From: a phage
Direction: 5' to 3' (one strand)
NCBI GenBank assembly: GCA_020857175.1
Contig: GCA_020857175.1_3048.1
Length of the DNA: 64,000 nt
In this document: one piece after another, positions 33,074 through 42,683 of the stretch
Position numbering within the stretch: position 1 is the first letter of the stretch
Layout: each line of letters opens with the position of its first letter
The notes under the pieces: generated by a model
Database searches by the model: none
Told to the model about the DNA's origin: nothing
Seen by the model: the letters and a program-made list of their open reading frames with translations, nothing else
Translations under genes and position numbers: made by a program

Positions 33074-35251
33074 TTAGGCCGCAAGGGCCTTCATAGTTTT
33101 AGCGATTTGAGAAACTTCATCATCACTTAAAGAGTTGCGATAACCGATGAAGTCGGAAACAATGCGGAATTTCTTGGTAAACTCAGCAACCATTTTATCA
33201 CTGTTTTTTGAAGCATTATTTGATAATACATCAAAAAGATTAGTTACTGTCCAGATGTCATGACCAATGGTATCTTTTCCACCATTAAAATATACACCGC
33301 GCAATGAACTAACTATATTAGCGAGTCGTGTATATTCTTCAGAAACTTCATCTGTACTGAAGTACTTCATCATAAAATCTAACTCAGGATACTTGATAAT
33401 TTTATCAATATATCGTTGAGCTGAACTTGAATAACCTACGTACTTATCATAATCTACATCATCAAAAGCATCTACATATAAATCACGCAAAGTTTCAAAA
33501 ATACATTGGCACTGACCGAGTTCTTTTACCTTTTTCTGTAAAAGCGGACGAATAACATAAAATTCATTAATGCCAATAAGATTAGCCATACGAATCAAAA
33601 TATTCATAGATGGATGACAAAGCGATGTAGTACCATCCATAGAGAAAATATCAGAACGATGCATATACGCTACATAACCAGTAATTTCATCTGCTTCTGA
33701 CGTAAGTGTAAATAGTTCCTCTTTTTCCCATCGCCCATCTTTAATTTCAAATTTAAATGCTGTAGCAGCTTTAGGACGAGGAGCTTTACTTTTAACTACC
33801 TTTGGAATATAACTTTTAACCAAAGCTTCAATTTCTGACAAATAATGAATGTTAACTTCATCACTTTCAAACATTGCCATAATATCAGGTAGTAAATCAA
33901 TCTGCGATTCTACTTCCGGATTAATAAACAGAAGACGCTCATTGTGATGAATATTTAAAGTGTTATTAAATTCACTATCATCTAATGCACGTGCTAATCC
34001 ACGGACAATATTAACACGATTTTTAATATTATCAATAACAATATTAATTTTTGTCATATTAATACCAAACAGACGATAACTTGATGCAACGGCTGAAGTT
34101 TCATGACTTTGCTTAATGCGTTTCAGTCGAGGGTCAAGATTTACTTCGTACACAACTCCTGCATTGCATAACTTACTGTCAGGTTCAAACATGCTCTGCA
34201 TCTTTTTATATGACAGATTTTTAGTCGTGAATTTGACTGAATTACTAATCATATAATCTCGAGCAGAATAGCCCATTTTCATTAACTCGCGATACGTATG
34301 GCGAGGAGATGTAGATTCTTTAAATCGTTTTACATCTTCATTAAATGCTTTCTCACTGAGTTCTTTAACTCGTTCAATGATATTTTTACGAGTGCGATCA
34401 TCTAGTGAAAGAGCCTCACGAGATGGAGCAATATCAAGTGAACCCATTGGAAACTTAATGTAATTCACTTCATTGCGGATGCTTAACCAGTTACGGTCTC
34501 TAATAACACCATCGATAGGATAAACAATACCGCCATAGATAGCATATAATCCGCCGCGATCTGGCCAGTATCTTTCTGGATTTACACCGTAATAGTCATC
34601 AAAATCCGGAAAATAATCAATTTCGCGATCAAGACCATTAATAATAGCCAAATCTTTGAACGGTCGCATGATATAAGAAACTTCATAAGCAAAGTTTCTA
34701 AAGTCTTTTTCTTCAACTGGAACTACGATTTCAATACCAGTTTTATCATCTGGACCCATTTCTTTTACGAATGTAGGTTTAATTTGTGGACCATCGCCAT
34801 CCATGTAAGCTACATAACCACGAATTTCACCTTTATGATACGAAGTAATACTAAATGTATCAGTATAACTAAACGGAGATTTAGAACCTAAACCAAATCC
34901 GCCAATGAAATCGTTAGATTCAGCCTTAGATGAACTGAAGTATGAATTATACAAACCAGGAGAATTATCATCACCTTGAATATCAAAATCACTCATACCG
35001 GGACCAAAATCTCGGCAAACAAATCGTGGATCTAAACGTCCAGGAACTTGAATGATAAATTTTTCAGGATTTCCATTGAGTGCATGGGCATCAATCATGT
35101 TAGTAATCAATTCACGGACTACTGCGCGAATTTTGTTTGTATACAAATCAGATGACAGAATTTTAAATACTTTAGGAGATGCTGTGATGCTAAATGCTTT
35201 TGATTTAGAACCATTACCAAGAATTGTTTCTTTTTCAGTGGTGATAATCAT
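33074..35251 (-). CDS. rIIA: rIIA protein
   Basis: 725 aa, same as T4 rIIA; GHKL-like ATPase N-terminus. Confidence 0.9.
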   Translation of the reverse strand: MIITTEKETILGNGSKSKAFSITASPKVFKILSSDLYTNKIRAVVRELITNMIDAHALNGNPEKFIIQVPGRLDPRFVCRDFGPGMSDFDIQGDDNSPGLYNSYFSSSKAESNDFIGGFGLGSKSPFSYTDTFSITSYHKGEIRGYVAYMDGDGPQIKPTFVKEMGPDDKTGIEIVVPVEEKDFRNFAYEVSYIMRPFKDLAIINGLDREIDYFPDFDDYYGVNPERYWPDRGGLYAIYGGIVYPIDGVIRDRNWLSIRNEVNYIKFPMGSLDIAPSREALSLDDRTRKNIIERVKELSEKAFNEDVKRFKESTSPRHTYRELMKMGYSARDYMISNSVKFTTKNLSYKKMQSMFEPDSKLCNAGVVYEVNLDPRLKRIKQSHETSAVASSYRLFGINMTKINIVIDNIKNRVNIVRGLARALDDSEFNNTLNIHHNERLLFINPEVESQIDLLPDIMAMFESDEVNIHYLSEIEALVKSYIPKVVKSKAPRPKAATAFKFEIKDGRWEKEELFTLTSEADEITGYVAYMHRSDIFSMDGTTSLCHPSMNILIRMANLIGINEFYVIRPLLQKKVKELGQCQCIFETLRDLYVDAFDDVDYDKYVGYSSSAQRYIDKIIKYPELDFMMKYFSTDEVSEEYTRLANIVSSLRGVYFNGGKDTIGHDIWTVTNLFDVLSNNASKNSDKMVAEFTKKFRIVSDFIGYRNSLSDDEVSQIAKTMKALAA
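33076..33090 (-). promoter_or_regulatory. intercistronic stem-loop between rIIA and rIIB
   Basis: AGGCC-GCAAG-GGCCT hairpin right after rIIA stop. Confidence 0.5.
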
Positions 35252-35261
35252 AATTTCCTCA

Positions 35262-35465
35262 TTAATTCATATTACGCTTAATAACTTCAGCAACTTCTAG
35301 TAGTTCATCTTTAGTTGCGGTGTCGGATTGAATTTTATCTCTAATATCTTTAAAGCGGTTTTTAAATTCTTCGGCTTCTCCCATATCGAAAAAGCGTTGA
35401 ATGATTCTATATTCTCGATGAACTGCTTTATCAAAAAGTTCTAAATTTACTTTATATGATTTCAT
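35262..35465 (-). CDS. hypothetical protein (rIIA.1-like)
   Basis: 67-aa ORF. Confidence 0.45.
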   Translation of the reverse strand: MKSYKVNLELFDKAVHREYRIIQRFFDMGEAEEFKNRFKDIRDKIQSDTATKDELLEVAEVIKRNMN

Positions 35466-35519
35466 TCCAATATCCTCATTTGCCCAATTAATTATACCAC
35501 ATCCTTGTGGTAAAGTAAA

Positions 35520-37340
35520 CTACTGGCTCATCCATTCTTTACGAAGGTCAGCATTATCTCCCATGAGCATTTCAAAAAGCTCTTTCCAGTTCTCAGGAAG
35601 TTTAACAACATCATATACTGGGTTTTGAATCATCTCACGATATTCAGATTTTTCCAAAGAGCCAAGTCCTTTAATATAACGGATGCTATGTTTAGGTAGA
35701 GCATCTTTAGCACTCTCATATTCAGCGACTGTATAAAACCATTCTTGTTTTTTACCGACCTGAGCGATGATTACAGGAGTTTTGACAAAGCGAATTCTTC
35801 CTTGTTCAAACAGTTCTGGCCAATTACTAAAAAATCCGAGCAGAGAAGGATAAATGCTTCCTAAACCATCATGGTCAGCATCGGTCATAATAGCAATATT
35901 ATGATAATTCAAGTTTTCAGCTTTTTCACCAAGAACTAATCCAGTGATTGCGCAAATATCAAACAGTTCTTTGTTTTTAAGCATATCAGCATATGACATA
36001 CCCCAACTGTTGAGAACTTTACCGCGCAATGGATAACCACCATGAAGTTCTTTATCACGAACATCAATAAGATATCCGATAGCAGAATCACCCTCAGTCA
36101 AGAAAAGAGTAGTGTCAGCATCTTTACCGCAAAGATTCGCTTTGATATGTTTATGAACCTTAGCTTTAGAAGCCTTTTTAGCTGCTTTAGTTTCTGCTGC
36201 TTTTTCTGCTGCTAATTTACGTGCTAAAGCAGCTTCAATAATCGGCATTAAAATTGCTTCATTATTTAGAATAGCGCGTGAAATCTTTTTAGCATCAAGT
36301 TGAATATGACTACGAATTTCACCAAAAGGAGAAGTAAGTCGTTCTTTAGTTTGAGAATCAAATCGCATGTTTTTCATATCACGAACAAACATAACGATAG
36401 TCAAACATTCTTTAACGCGCGCTTTAGTTACATCAATTTTGAACTTACGTTTGATTTGTGGAATAAGGTCTTCACAAATATCATCCATAACACAGTCAAT
36501 GTGATGGCCACCATTCTTAGTGTGAATGTTATTGACGTATGTTAATTGACGAAAACCATCCGGTGAACGACCAACCGCAATAGAACAATTTTCTTGTTCT
36601 TGAACAATAGCATGCTCATCATATTGGCGTGCATATTTCTTAAAATTGCCCTGAACCTTTTTACCATTAAAGGTAAATTGAATATCAGGATAAACTACTG
36701 CAAGTGTCTGGAGACGATCTAGTGTAATGTCAAGATAAACTTGGGACAGCTCATTAGTTTCAAATGACATAAAATCAGGAATGAAAGTAACACGAGTTCC
36801 TTTCCATTTTCCAGGAATAGTTTCCCACGATTTATTTTCCATGCCATTTGAACAACGAACTACAATATTATTTTGACCATCACCAGTTTCACCGACAAAC
36901 ATCACAGAAAAAATGTTTGTCAAACTAGAACCAACACCATTCATACCGCCAGTGACGCGTTCTTTATCATCACCGAAGTTACCACCTGCTTTTGGAATAG
37001 TCCATGCAGCAACAGGACCAGGAATTTCTTCACCGGTAGGTGTTTTAACCATTGCCTGTGGAATACCGCGACCGTTATCTTCAACTGTTACCTGATTATT
37101 TTTAATGGTAACATTAATTTTATTTGCGAATTTAAACTTAGTACGAATACCTTCATCGACTGAGTTATCGATAATTTCATCAATAAGCTTAACAAGACCA
37201 GGTACATACTGAACACTTTCCCATTTACCAAACAGAAAGCGCTCATGCATTTCATTAGCAGAAGAGCCAATGTACATGCCACTACGCTTTTTGATATGTT
37301 CAATATCGCTCAGAATTTTAATTTCATTCTTAATCATCAC
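35520..37340 (-). CDS. 39: DNA topoisomerase II large subunit, unsplit (T4 39+60 equivalent)
   Basis: 606 aa GyrB-like ATPase plus toprim in one ORF; no bypass/hop element. Confidence 0.85.
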   Translation of the reverse strand: MMIKNEIKILSDIEHIKKRSGMYIGSSANEMHERFLFGKWESVQYVPGLVKLIDEIIDNSVDEGIRTKFKFANKINVTIKNNQVTVEDNGRGIPQAMVKTPTGEEIPGPVAAWTIPKAGGNFGDDKERVTGGMNGVGSSLTNIFSVMFVGETGDGQNNIVVRCSNGMENKSWETIPGKWKGTRVTFIPDFMSFETNELSQVYLDITLDRLQTLAVVYPDIQFTFNGKKVQGNFKKYARQYDEHAIVQEQENCSIAVGRSPDGFRQLTYVNNIHTKNGGHHIDCVMDDICEDLIPQIKRKFKIDVTKARVKECLTIVMFVRDMKNMRFDSQTKERLTSPFGEIRSHIQLDAKKISRAILNNEAILMPIIEAALARKLAAEKAAETKAAKKASKAKVHKHIKANLCGKDADTTLFLTEGDSAIGYLIDVRDKELHGGYPLRGKVLNSWGMSYADMLKNKELFDICAITGLVLGEKAENLNYHNIAIMTDADHDGLGSIYPSLLGFFSNWPELFEQGRIRFVKTPVIIAQVGKKQEWFYTVAEYESAKDALPKHSIRYIKGLGSLEKSEYREMIQNPVYDVVKLPENWKELFEMLMGDNADLRKEWMSQ

Positions 37341-37390
37341 TTATCCTCGTTTGGTTTCGGGAATATTATACTCCGGCATTCATAAAGCTA

Positions 37391-37406
37391 AAGGCCCGAA
37401 GGCCTT
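37391..37406 (-). promoter_or_regulatory. intercistronic stem-loop with UUCG loop upstream of gene 39
   Basis: AAGGCC-CGAA-GGCCTT immediately after stop of upstream ORF. Confidence 0.5.
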
Positions 37407-37676
37407 TTATTTAAAACGAATAGTTGAATCCTTAAAGAACAGCCCAGAACATACTGTTCCTTCTACTTTCTGCCCGGTAGGTCCAACAGCACGAAATCCA
37501 GTATGTTGGAAATCATTTTCAGAGCAACCGAACCAGTTATATCCAGTGATTTCAATATTCGTAAAACCACTTGATGATAAAATTTTAGTTGCATTATCAG
37601 CATCAGTACATCCTACTAAAGATACTGCTAATACTAATGCTGCGATAGAACGATTAACATATTTCATAATTTTCAC
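37407..37676 (-). CDS. small lipoprotein
   Basis: 89 aa, signal peptide with LVGC lipobox. Confidence 0.5.
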   Translation of the reverse strand: MKIMKYVNRSIAALVLAVSLVGCTDADNATKILSSSGFTNIEITGYNWFGCSENDFQHTGFRAVGPTGQKVEGTVCSGLFFKDSTIRFK

Positions 37677-38044
37677 TTAAATTTAATGGCTTGAAGAAGA
37701 CTAATAATTCTCAAACGGCTTCTTTCATCTTTAACTGTAAAAGAAAGAGGGTCGCCAGATTTCATAGTAATAGTGCATTCAAAATCAAAGTTTTCTGTAA
37801 CTTCTTCAAAGAAGTCAAATTCTTCATCATAAATTAGAACACTACTTTGCATACTATGAAGAGTTTTTCCATCATTTCCAGTTGCTGTACCAATCATCGT
37901 AACATTACGACCTTTCATATCTTCAACGATAAATTCGCTTGTCGATATTACAACATTAATAGAACTATTTCTATGAATAGCAGAAAATAGAAATTTCTTT
38001 TCTTCACCTTCACGAATACGATATTTCTTACCGATTTTAAACAT
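37673..38044 (-). CDS. hypothetical protein
   Basis: 123-aa ORF. Confidence 0.4.
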   Translation of the reverse strand: MFKIGKKYRIREGEEKKFLFSAIHRNSSINVVISTSEFIVEDMKGRNVTMIGTATGNDGKTLHSMQSSVLIYDEEFDFFEEVTENFDFECTITMKSGDPLSFTVKDERSRLRIISLLQAIKFK

Positions 38045-38046
38045 AA

Positions 38047-38223
38047 TTACCCTTTAAGTAAGTCGTAAAAACCACCATTTACATGCTTAGGAGCAGAAGG
38101 CCGACGAGTAGACAAACGATGACATTTAGGGCAAACATCATTTTCTCGTTCAGAAATCTTTTTAATTTTTTCATATTCATGCCTACAGTCTTTAGATTGG
38201 CATTTATAATCATACATTGGCAT
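38047..38223 (-). CDS. zinc-ribbon protein (58 aa)
   Basis: codon-by-codon translation MPMYDYKCQSKDCRHEYEKIKKISERENDVCPKCHRL...; two Cys pairs. Confidence 0.45.
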   Translation of the reverse strand: MPMYDYKCQSKDCRHEYEKIKKISERENDVCPKCHRLSTRRPSAPKHVNGGFYDLLKG

Positions 38224-38225
38224 AA

Positions 38226-38657
38226 TTATTCCTTAAAATGAGCTTTCAGCATCTGATACAAAGACCATGCTTGTTCATTATTTTCAATAGTAACTTTCAT
38301 GACTGGGAATTCTGTGAAATCTTCTATTTGTTCTTGCTCTTTCTCTTTCTCTTCCTGCTCTTGCTCTTCAGCTGCCTGATATGGATTTTCCACTTCATCA
38401 AAGAACACAGCTTCACTCGTTGAAAGCCAGATAAAATCTTCATCCAAAATATCTTTACCAGAAGATAACGCCAATTTTCCACTAGATGTCACAAGTTTAG
38501 TAGGACGACCAAGATAGTCAATATCTGTAACTCTAAAAGGTTCCATACCAAGACGTCGTGCATAAATTCCGTTTTCGGTATGGTCCTTGATAAAATCTTC
38601 TTGTGCTTGTTTATTTTTAAATTGATACCATTTATTAACTTCAAATTTAATAGCCAT
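38226..38657 (-). CDS. hypothetical acidic protein
   Basis: 143 aa with [13 protein letters not shown] low-complexity acidic tract. Confidence 0.4.
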   Translation of the reverse strand: MAIKFEVNKWYQFKNKQAQEDFIKDHTENGIYARRLGMEPFRVTDIDYLGRPTKLVTSSGKLALSSGKDILDEDFIWLSTSEAVFFDEVENPYQAAEEQEQEEKEKEQEQIEDFTEFPVMKVTIENNEQAWSLYQMLKAHFKE

Positions 38658-38872
38658 TAATAAGTTTCCTTCCAGTAAGTTGTGCCATCTTCAGTAATTT
38701 CACGAAATACACCGTAAATTGGTTGTTTATCACCAACCTTTTCATACACATAAACCGAAGTCAAGTGAGTAAACTTAACGGTATGTTCTTTTTGAACTAC
38801 TACCAAATCTGGATCGAATAATACATCTTCAAATTCGTCATTAGTGCAATTCTGAACAATTTTACGTTTCAT
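38657..38872 (-). CDS. hypothetical protein
   Basis: 71-aa ORF. Confidence 0.4.
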   Translation of the reverse strand: MKRKIVQNCTNDEFEDVLFDPDLVVVQKEHTVKFTHLTSVYVYEKVGDKQPIYGVFREITEDGTTYWKETY

Positions 38873-38885
38873 TACAATTTCCTCA

Positions 38886-39167
38886 TTAATTGAACAGTGG
38901 AGCGATGCGTTTCAGAAGAGTAGCAGCACCTTTAGCGAATTTTACATCATGAAAAACAGTTTCTTCTTCCGTTACAACACGAGCTTTAATGTTTTCACAA
39001 TCCCAATTTTTGCGAACAATCTTCAAAAGCTGCAGTAAATCTTTACATTCAACAATATCGATAACACATCCACGAGAATCTTCCATTATCGCACGATAAC
39101 CGTAAGCCATACCATAATCGTTGAAAGATTGCTCGATGATAATTAAGTTTTCCATTTTATTCTCCAA
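38886..39167 (-). CDS. hypothetical protein
   Basis: 93-aa ORF. Confidence 0.4.
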   Translation of the reverse strand: MENKMENLIIIEQSFNDYGMAYGYRAIMEDSRGCVIDIVECKDLLQLLKIVRKNWDCENIKARVVTEEETVFHDVKFAKGAATLLKRIAPLFN

Positions 39168-39262
39168 GTTGTTTTCTGTATCAGTAGTTGATATTGATAT
39201 AGTACCATAATCAACTACTGATGTATATAGTTTTATGAAAAAATTTTAAACTTTATGCAAAT

Positions 39263-39682
39263 TTATGCTAAAGCTGCTTCGCACCATTTTTTAATTTGGA
39301 ATTCAGGAACGACCATGAACTGGCCTGCAAAAACAATATTGTAGAGCTTGACACCATCTTCTACCCAACGGTCCGAAATAAAACCAGCGACTTGATTCGT
39401 TGTCCATGGAGTTCCATCTGTTGCCGCCGCAATTGTGAATTTATGGTCTTTTACAACTAAAACTGAAGAACAAAGTTTCCATTTAAATGCGCTTTCTTCT
39501 GGCTCAATGAACTGACTTGAGACATAACCAATGTTACCATCAGCGTCACGAACTTTAACCTCGTTACGACCAAAAACTGGATCACTTACAGAAAGAACTT
39601 CAACCAGCTTTCCTGCAACTTTAGAACGAGAAGCAACGGATACATATACGTAATCACCAGTAGAGAGATTTACAATATTCAT
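39263..39682 (-). CDS. paralog A of two-domain family (motB-region)
   Basis: 139 aa; shares SxASRSKxAGxLVEV and DRWVEDGxxLYNIVFxGxFxVV motifs with next ORF. Confidence 0.5.
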   Translation of the reverse strand: MNIVNLSTGDYVYVSVASRSKVAGKLVEVLSVSDPVFGRNEVKVRDADGNIGYVSSQFIEPEESAFKWKLCSSVLVVKDHKFTIAAATDGTPWTTNQVAGFISDRWVEDGVKLYNIVFAGQFMVVPEFQIKKWCEAALA

Positions 39683-39691
39683 AATAATTCC

Positions 39692-40165
39692 TTAAGCTTT
39701 ACGAGGAGAAGCATAACGAGTGATTTCAGATTCTTCAACAACCCGGAAGTCACCTAAGAATACGATATTGTAGAGATTTTCACCATCTTCAACCCATCGG
39801 TCTGTGATGAAGCCGCACATCCTATCAGTTTTACTTGGACCAGCGAAATCATCAATATAATCGAATTCTTCATCAGTTACAAATTCAACGCCTTTACACA
39901 ACGCCCATTTAAATTGTGCATTAGACTCAGTGGATTCAACTTCTTCAACAGAAGCAAAATGAGAGCTAACACGAGTTTCCAGAAATTTAGGACTTACGTA
40001 AGCGTACTGAGTTTCAGTTTTTCCAGAACTAGGAATGATTCGAACTTTAACTTCTTTAACACGACCAGTACCATTAGTACGAAGTCCTACCACTTCAACT
40101 AGACGACCTGCAGCTTTAGAACGAGATGCAGACGATACACGCTTAATTTCACCGATAGTAATCAT
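39692..40165 (-). CDS. paralog B of two-domain family (possible MotB homolog)
   Basis: 157 aa; same motifs as paralog A. Confidence 0.5.
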   Translation of the reverse strand: MITIGEIKRVSSASRSKAAGRLVEVVGLRTNGTGRVKEVKVRIIPSSGKTETQYAYVSPKFLETRVSSHFASVEEVESTESNAQFKWALCKGVEFVTDEEFDYIDDFAGPSKTDRMCGFITDRWVEDGENLYNIVFLGDFRVVEESEITRYASPRKA

Positions 40166-40241
40166 AATTTTTCTCTCTTTGTTGTTAAGATTTATACTCC
40201 CTCCGCAGGACCATTATACTCTGGCCCCAAGAGTTTGTAAA

Positions 40242-40433
40242 CTAGCTTACACGAACATTAATCACTGCGCTGCGAGGAACTACAGAGTACTCTCCAGCAT
40301 GAACTACGTTCAGAAGTTCAACACCATCTTCAATCCACTGATCAGTCACCCATCCACCCACAGGATTCGCGAATGGACGATGAATATAAACTTGCCTTAC
40401 ACAGCAGATCAGTTGGATCTTCAGGTTTTTCAA
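40242..40433 (-). pseudogene. C-terminal remnant of third paralog copy
   Basis: encodes ...VTDQWIEDGVELLNVVHAGEYSVVP but has no ATG and upstream part is replaced by another ORF. Confidence 0.45.
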
Positions 40434-40680
40434 TTTCTGTCAATAGACTAAAATCTTTTTCATAAATAATAAGCGGTGATACCATTCCATAATAGTTTCT
40501 AATTTCAATATACATCATACCGATAAGAATTCCGCTATTAACACTAATAACAGTAAAAGGATATCCACCAGTTAAACCAAGAAGTTCACAAAACTTATTA
40601 TGAGCTATATTAGACAGTACCGAAAAATTCTTAATTTCATCAAATTTTTTCAATTGATAAACAGCATTATTTTTAATCAT
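40342..40680 (-). CDS. hypothetical protein
   Basis: 112-codon ORF whose 3' end overlaps the paralog remnant in another frame. Confidence 0.4.
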   Translation of the reverse strand: MIKNNAVYQLKKFDEIKNFSVLSNIAHNKFCELLGLTGGYPFTVISVNSGILIGMMYIEIRNYYGMVSPLIIYEKDFSLLTEIEKPEDPTDLLCKASLYSSSIRESCGWMGD

Positions 40681-40690
40681 AATTTTCTCT

Positions 40691-41203
40691 TTAATCTAAG
40701 GTAATAAAGCCTTTTAATTCGGCATGCGATTTGCGAAACATTACTTGATGCCCACCAATGATAACTTGATCATCTGGAACTTCATAAATCGCAATGTACA
40801 TTCCACGATCTTTTAAGTCTTCACGCTCTTCTCGGGTGAACCATCTCATCATATCATATTCACTAGCGAAAGCAAAATGATATAATGAAATAAGCCACAA
40901 TGGAATATAATTTTCAAATTGTGAATAATCTTTATTCCATTTAGTTTTAATAGTATCATTAGCATTTTCAACTAATAACTTATCATCGTGTGGAATAGGA
41001 ATACTTTCATGGCTTTCATAATTATCGCTATGATGATGAAATGACGATGAATTAATACCGCAAAATTTTAGCCAAGTTCGAGTTTTCATAGAATCAAACC
41101 CACGATAAGGAGTTGATTGAACGCATAACTCTTGCCTAATTTTCACTATACCACTATCATCATTTAATGCGCTAAACGATGATTCAACACGATAAATTTT
41201 CAT
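40691..41203 (-). CDS. hypothetical protein
   Basis: 170 aa from MKIYRVESSF with GAGGATAAT RBS. Confidence 0.45.
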   Translation of the reverse strand: MKIYRVESSFSALNDDSGIVKIRQELCVQSTPYRGFDSMKTRTWLKFCGINSSSFHHHSDNYESHESIPIPHDDKLLVENANDTIKTKWNKDYSQFENYIPLWLISLYHFAFASEYDMMRWFTREEREDLKDRGMYIAIYEVPDDQVIIGGHQVMFRKSHAELKGFITLD

Positions 41204-41227
41204 TTTATTATCCTCAGTAGCTATGGT

Positions 41228-41261
41228 GTTATAGTACCACAACTAACCGAGGAAGTAAACA
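41228..41261 (-). promoter_or_regulatory. early-type promoter
   Basis: minus-strand GTTTAC at 41255-41260 and GGTACTATAAC -10-like. Confidence 0.4.
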
Positions 41262-41266
41262 ACTTT

Positions 41267-41950
41267 TTATCGTTTTGTTGGAAGAGACAAAGGATCGCAC
41301 TCTTCCTCTGACGGAGCATCTTCAAGACCCATAGCATATCGCAAAGCATACTTCATCATCAGGATGTCTTTCGCACAGTCATGAATAGAATCATGCGCAA
41401 CGAATCCATCTAAAGTTCCTTTTGGAAGAGGACACGTGGTCATATCACGAACAAGGAGAAGTGCTTCAATTCTGGTACGAATATCACGCTGATTCCAAAA
41501 TTTACAAGGTTCTAACTTAAATGTATCAAGCTCATTCTCGGAAACGCCGTTAAGACGTTGAATATCGCGAATGAGATCGACTAAAATTGGAAAATCAAAC
41601 GACATTCCACGGCACCAGCCTTGAGATTTCCAAGGATCGATATTATGCGCATTGATGTAATCATTAAATTTTGCAATACCATCGATAGTGCTTACATCTT
41701 CATCTGATGGCGCAATATTTTTTCGAGCTTCAGGAGATTGATTCTTCCACCATTCGATAGTGCTTTTAGTAAAAAGACGATGTCCTTTTTGGCTTTTTAA
41801 ATCAAATTTGATTTTAATGCCACGTGAAACTAATTCATCAAATGTTTCAACGACTTCTGGATTAGGGTCAAAAGCAATTACAGCCAAATCAATAACAGCT
41901 GCTTTTTCACCGCTTCCCATTGTTTCAAAATCTATAATAAAATCAAACAT
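41267..41950 (-). CDS. dexA: exonuclease A
   Basis: 227 aa, DEDDh-like exonuclease, same length as T4 DexA. Confidence 0.85.
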   Translation of the reverse strand: MFDFIIDFETMGSGEKAAVIDLAVIAFDPNPEVVETFDELVSRGIKIKFDLKSQKGHRLFTKSTIEWWKNQSPEARKNIAPSDEDVSTIDGIAKFNDYINAHNIDPWKSQGWCRGMSFDFPILVDLIRDIQRLNGVSENELDTFKLEPCKFWNQRDIRTRIEALLLVRDMTTCPLPKGTLDGFVAHDSIHDCAKDILMMKYALRYAMGLEDAPSEEECDPLSLPTKR

Positions 41951-42225
41951 TAAATTTTCCTTGCTAAATCGCGAATTTGACCTACAGTATAATCTTGGAT
42001 ATAAACTTTATTAATAGGCTCATCAATAAATTTTGCCATAGATTCAATATCTTTTTGTATCTCTTCAAGACTGTATACTATCTTTAAAGCTTTTTCGCGA
42101 ATAGTAATATTTTCAGGACTAGAATTTTCCTCAATGACAGCTTTAACATTTGTCATAAGAGATTTAAACTGATGCAAACTTAATTCAATCATTAATAACC
42201 GCCTTATAAAGATGGCTAATTTCAC
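41950..42225 (-). CDS. hypothetical protein (small paralog 1)
   Basis: 91 aa, similar pattern to next ORF. Confidence 0.4.
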   Translation of the reverse strand: MKLAIFIRRLLMIELSLHQFKSLMTNVKAVIEENSSPENITIREKALKIVYSLEEIQKDIESMAKFIDEPINKVYIQDYTVGQIRDLARKI

Positions 42226-42445
42226 CTAAAACATAATCACTGATTGTGATAGTTTTCACTTCACCACAAAAGAATTCTAACGCAATTAAATCTCGTTCAA
42301 TTTCTTCTAATTGAAGCATTAACTTGCCAGATTCAATTTTTACATTTCTACGATTTTTACTATAAGCTATTTCATAAATTTCGCTCACTTTATCTTGAAG
42401 CAGATAAAACTGGTCTTTAGTTATTTCCACGAATAGCTTCCTCAA
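42185..42445 (-). CDS. hypothetical protein (small paralog 2)
   Basis: 86 aa. Confidence 0.4.
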   Translation of the reverse strand: MRKLFVEITKDQFYLLQDKVSEIYEIAYSKNRRNVKIESGKLMLQLEEIERDLIALEFFCGEVKTITISDYVLGEISHLYKAVIND

Positions 42446-42677
42446 ATTTAATTAGTAATTTACAGACACTTTCATCTAGTGTAATTACCGTATCTGTATT
42501 ACTGTGATATGATTGTTTTTCAATTCGTTTAATTGCTAATATAGTATCACTTATAAGATAAAGCTTATGAAGGAGCTCAGCTCCTGTTACCATAACATCG
42601 AGATTATCTTGCTTATTAGTATGCTTCCTTATACCATCTATTAGACGATTTAAATATTTTGAATTGATGTTAATCAT
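42417..42677 (-). CDS. hypothetical protein
   Basis: 86 aa. Confidence 0.4.
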   Translation of the reverse strand: MININSKYLNRLIDGIRKHTNKQDNLDVMVTGAELLHKLYLISDTILAIKRIEKQSYHSNTDTVITLDESVCKLLIKFEEAIRGNN

Positions 42678-42683
42678 ATAGCC

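Noticed and set aside
36300-37303. Plus-strand ORFs of 60 to 96 aa within gene 39
   Set aside because: Antisense to the topoisomerase gene, no RBS.
35520-37340. Search for gene 60 style translational bypass element
   Set aside because: The topoisomerase large subunit ORF is continuous; no interrupted frame or take-off/landing codon pair is needed.
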